Part shown: positions 62,915 through 64,000 of the stretch, one piece after another | Layout: every line of letters begins with the position of its first letter | Position numbering within the stretch: position 1 is the stretch's first letter | NCBI GenBank assembly: GCA_947585595.1 | Contig: CANPXB010000002.1 | Location: 6,841-70,840 of the forward strand | Direction of reading: 5' to 3' | Length of the DNA: 64,000 bases | DNA from: an uncultured Bacilli bacterium | Lineage (GTDB): Bacteria > Bacillota_I > Bacilli_A > RF39 > UBA660 | The notes under the pieces: model-generated | What the model saw: the letters and a program-made list of their open reading frames with translations, nothing else | Database searches by the model: none | Told to the model about the DNA's origin: nothing | Program-made: the position numbers and the translations under genes

Positions 62915-63087
62915 GTCGGTACTAAAACCAAAATTTGGAATAGTACCTAGCTCAACAAAACTAGGTATTCCTTTTTATTATATTCAAGTTTCCTTGACAA
63001 ATACATAATATCATAAAAACGACTTTTTAACAAGTCGTCTTTTATTATACTCAATGCAATGACAATGTTCTTCTTCATTTTTTAAAA

Positions 63088-64000
63088 TTATTTTTTCAAA
63101 CTTTTCGATTCTGAATCAAATATATTATCTATACCAAAATAACGAATTATTCTTTCAATATTAAAATCCTCTAAATGTTCAGTTATAAATATCATCTTAT
63201 CAAGAGTGTTATCACTATCCTGTTTTTCTAAAATTCTGTTTGCTAAATAACTATCAATTAAATATTGATAACCATTCAATACTAATAATCCACTTTTTAT
63301 AAATTTAGCTATATCATCATCACATTCTTTATTAACTAATTCTTCATAATTGTAGTTTGGCATAGCTAAAAATTCCAAATCTTCTACCGGTTCACCTGCT
63401 GCTTCACAAATCCTTGCTAATTTTTTCTTAGTTTCGTATATGAGTTCCATTGATTCTTTAAATGGTTTTATTTTATCTTCTTTTGTTATTAAACCTGTTT
63501 TATTATATCTACATATATCAATTAAAAGGCCAAATAAAGAACTATATATATCAAGATTATTTTGATTTCTATCCCTAATAACTTGTTTAATTATATTTTT
63601 ATCATATCCAATTTGAACTAAATAATTTGCCGCAACTTTTTCATAATATATTGAAGGTAATTCAAATAATGAAAATGGTGGCATATTCCCTTGTAAAGAA
63701 ACATAATGCATAAATTCATGTACAAAAGAAACAAAACAATTAATTGTTCCATCAATTGTAACTCTAATTTTTCTTACTCCATCAATATCCTTAAATACTT
63801 CAGAGTGTTCCAGACCATCTATACTTTCTTCAAATAATATGTTATTTTCATTTTTTAATTTAATATAAATATTTTTCCATTGTTCAGGAGCTCTAATAAC
63901 ATCTAAGAAATCAAAAAACATTCTTTCTATATTTTCTAAAGACATTTTAGGTAGATCATAATCAGACTCATTAGGTAATGATAGAGCCGCTGCCATACTT
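63088..64000 (-). CDS. Zincin (M3/oligoendopeptidase-like) protein, probably extending beyond the window
   Basis: FVHEFMHY followed by FELPSIYYE. Confidence 0.6.
   Translation of the reverse strand, partial: SMAAALSLPNESDYDLPKMSLENIERMFFDFLDVIRAPEQWKNIYIKLKNENNILFEESIDGLEHSEVFKDIDGVRKIRVTIDGTINCFVSFVHEFMHYVSLQGNMPPFSLFELPSIYYEKVAANYLVQIGYDKNIIKQVIRDRNQNNLDIYSSLFGLLIDICRYNKTGLITKEDKIKPFKESMELIYETKKKLARICEAAGEPVEDLEFLAMPNYNYEELVNKECDDDIAKFIKSGLLVLNGYQYLIDSYLANRILEKQDSDNTLDKMIFITEHLEDFNIERIIRYFGIDNIFDSESKSLKK

Overview
Very AT-rich Firmicute chromosome segment. Gene content suggests a gut Bacilli/RF39-like organism (inference), and most genes lie on the - strand. Housekeeping genes (LTA-synthase-family, tex, ligA, pcrA, deoD, add, tRNA-Cys) flank a ytlA-ytlC-ytlD-like ABC transporter operon that is interrupted twice, in two different genes, by two independent large-serine-recombinase (LSR) elements. 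Element 1 (16,810 bp, predicted crossover GA at 15277-78/32087-88) splits the binding-protein gene. Element 2 (8,035 bp, predicted crossover GT at 32901-02/40936-37) splits the ATPase gene just after its LSGGMKQR signature. Manual excision restores in-frame 329-aa and 249-aa proteins and gives symmetric attP-like junctions, resembling skin-type developmental gene rearrangement. Element 1 carries a dlt-like acylation cluster, membrane-tethered XRE regulators and an internal relic att site. Element 2 carries a dockerin-bearing M60-like peptidase plus a membrane-anchored cohesin-like partner. Other items are a LexA-box promoter with a candidate ncRNA, a sipW/TasA-like cluster, a type I toxin-like locus and a possible HipA-like pseudokinase. 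All family assignments come from motif recognition, not database searches.
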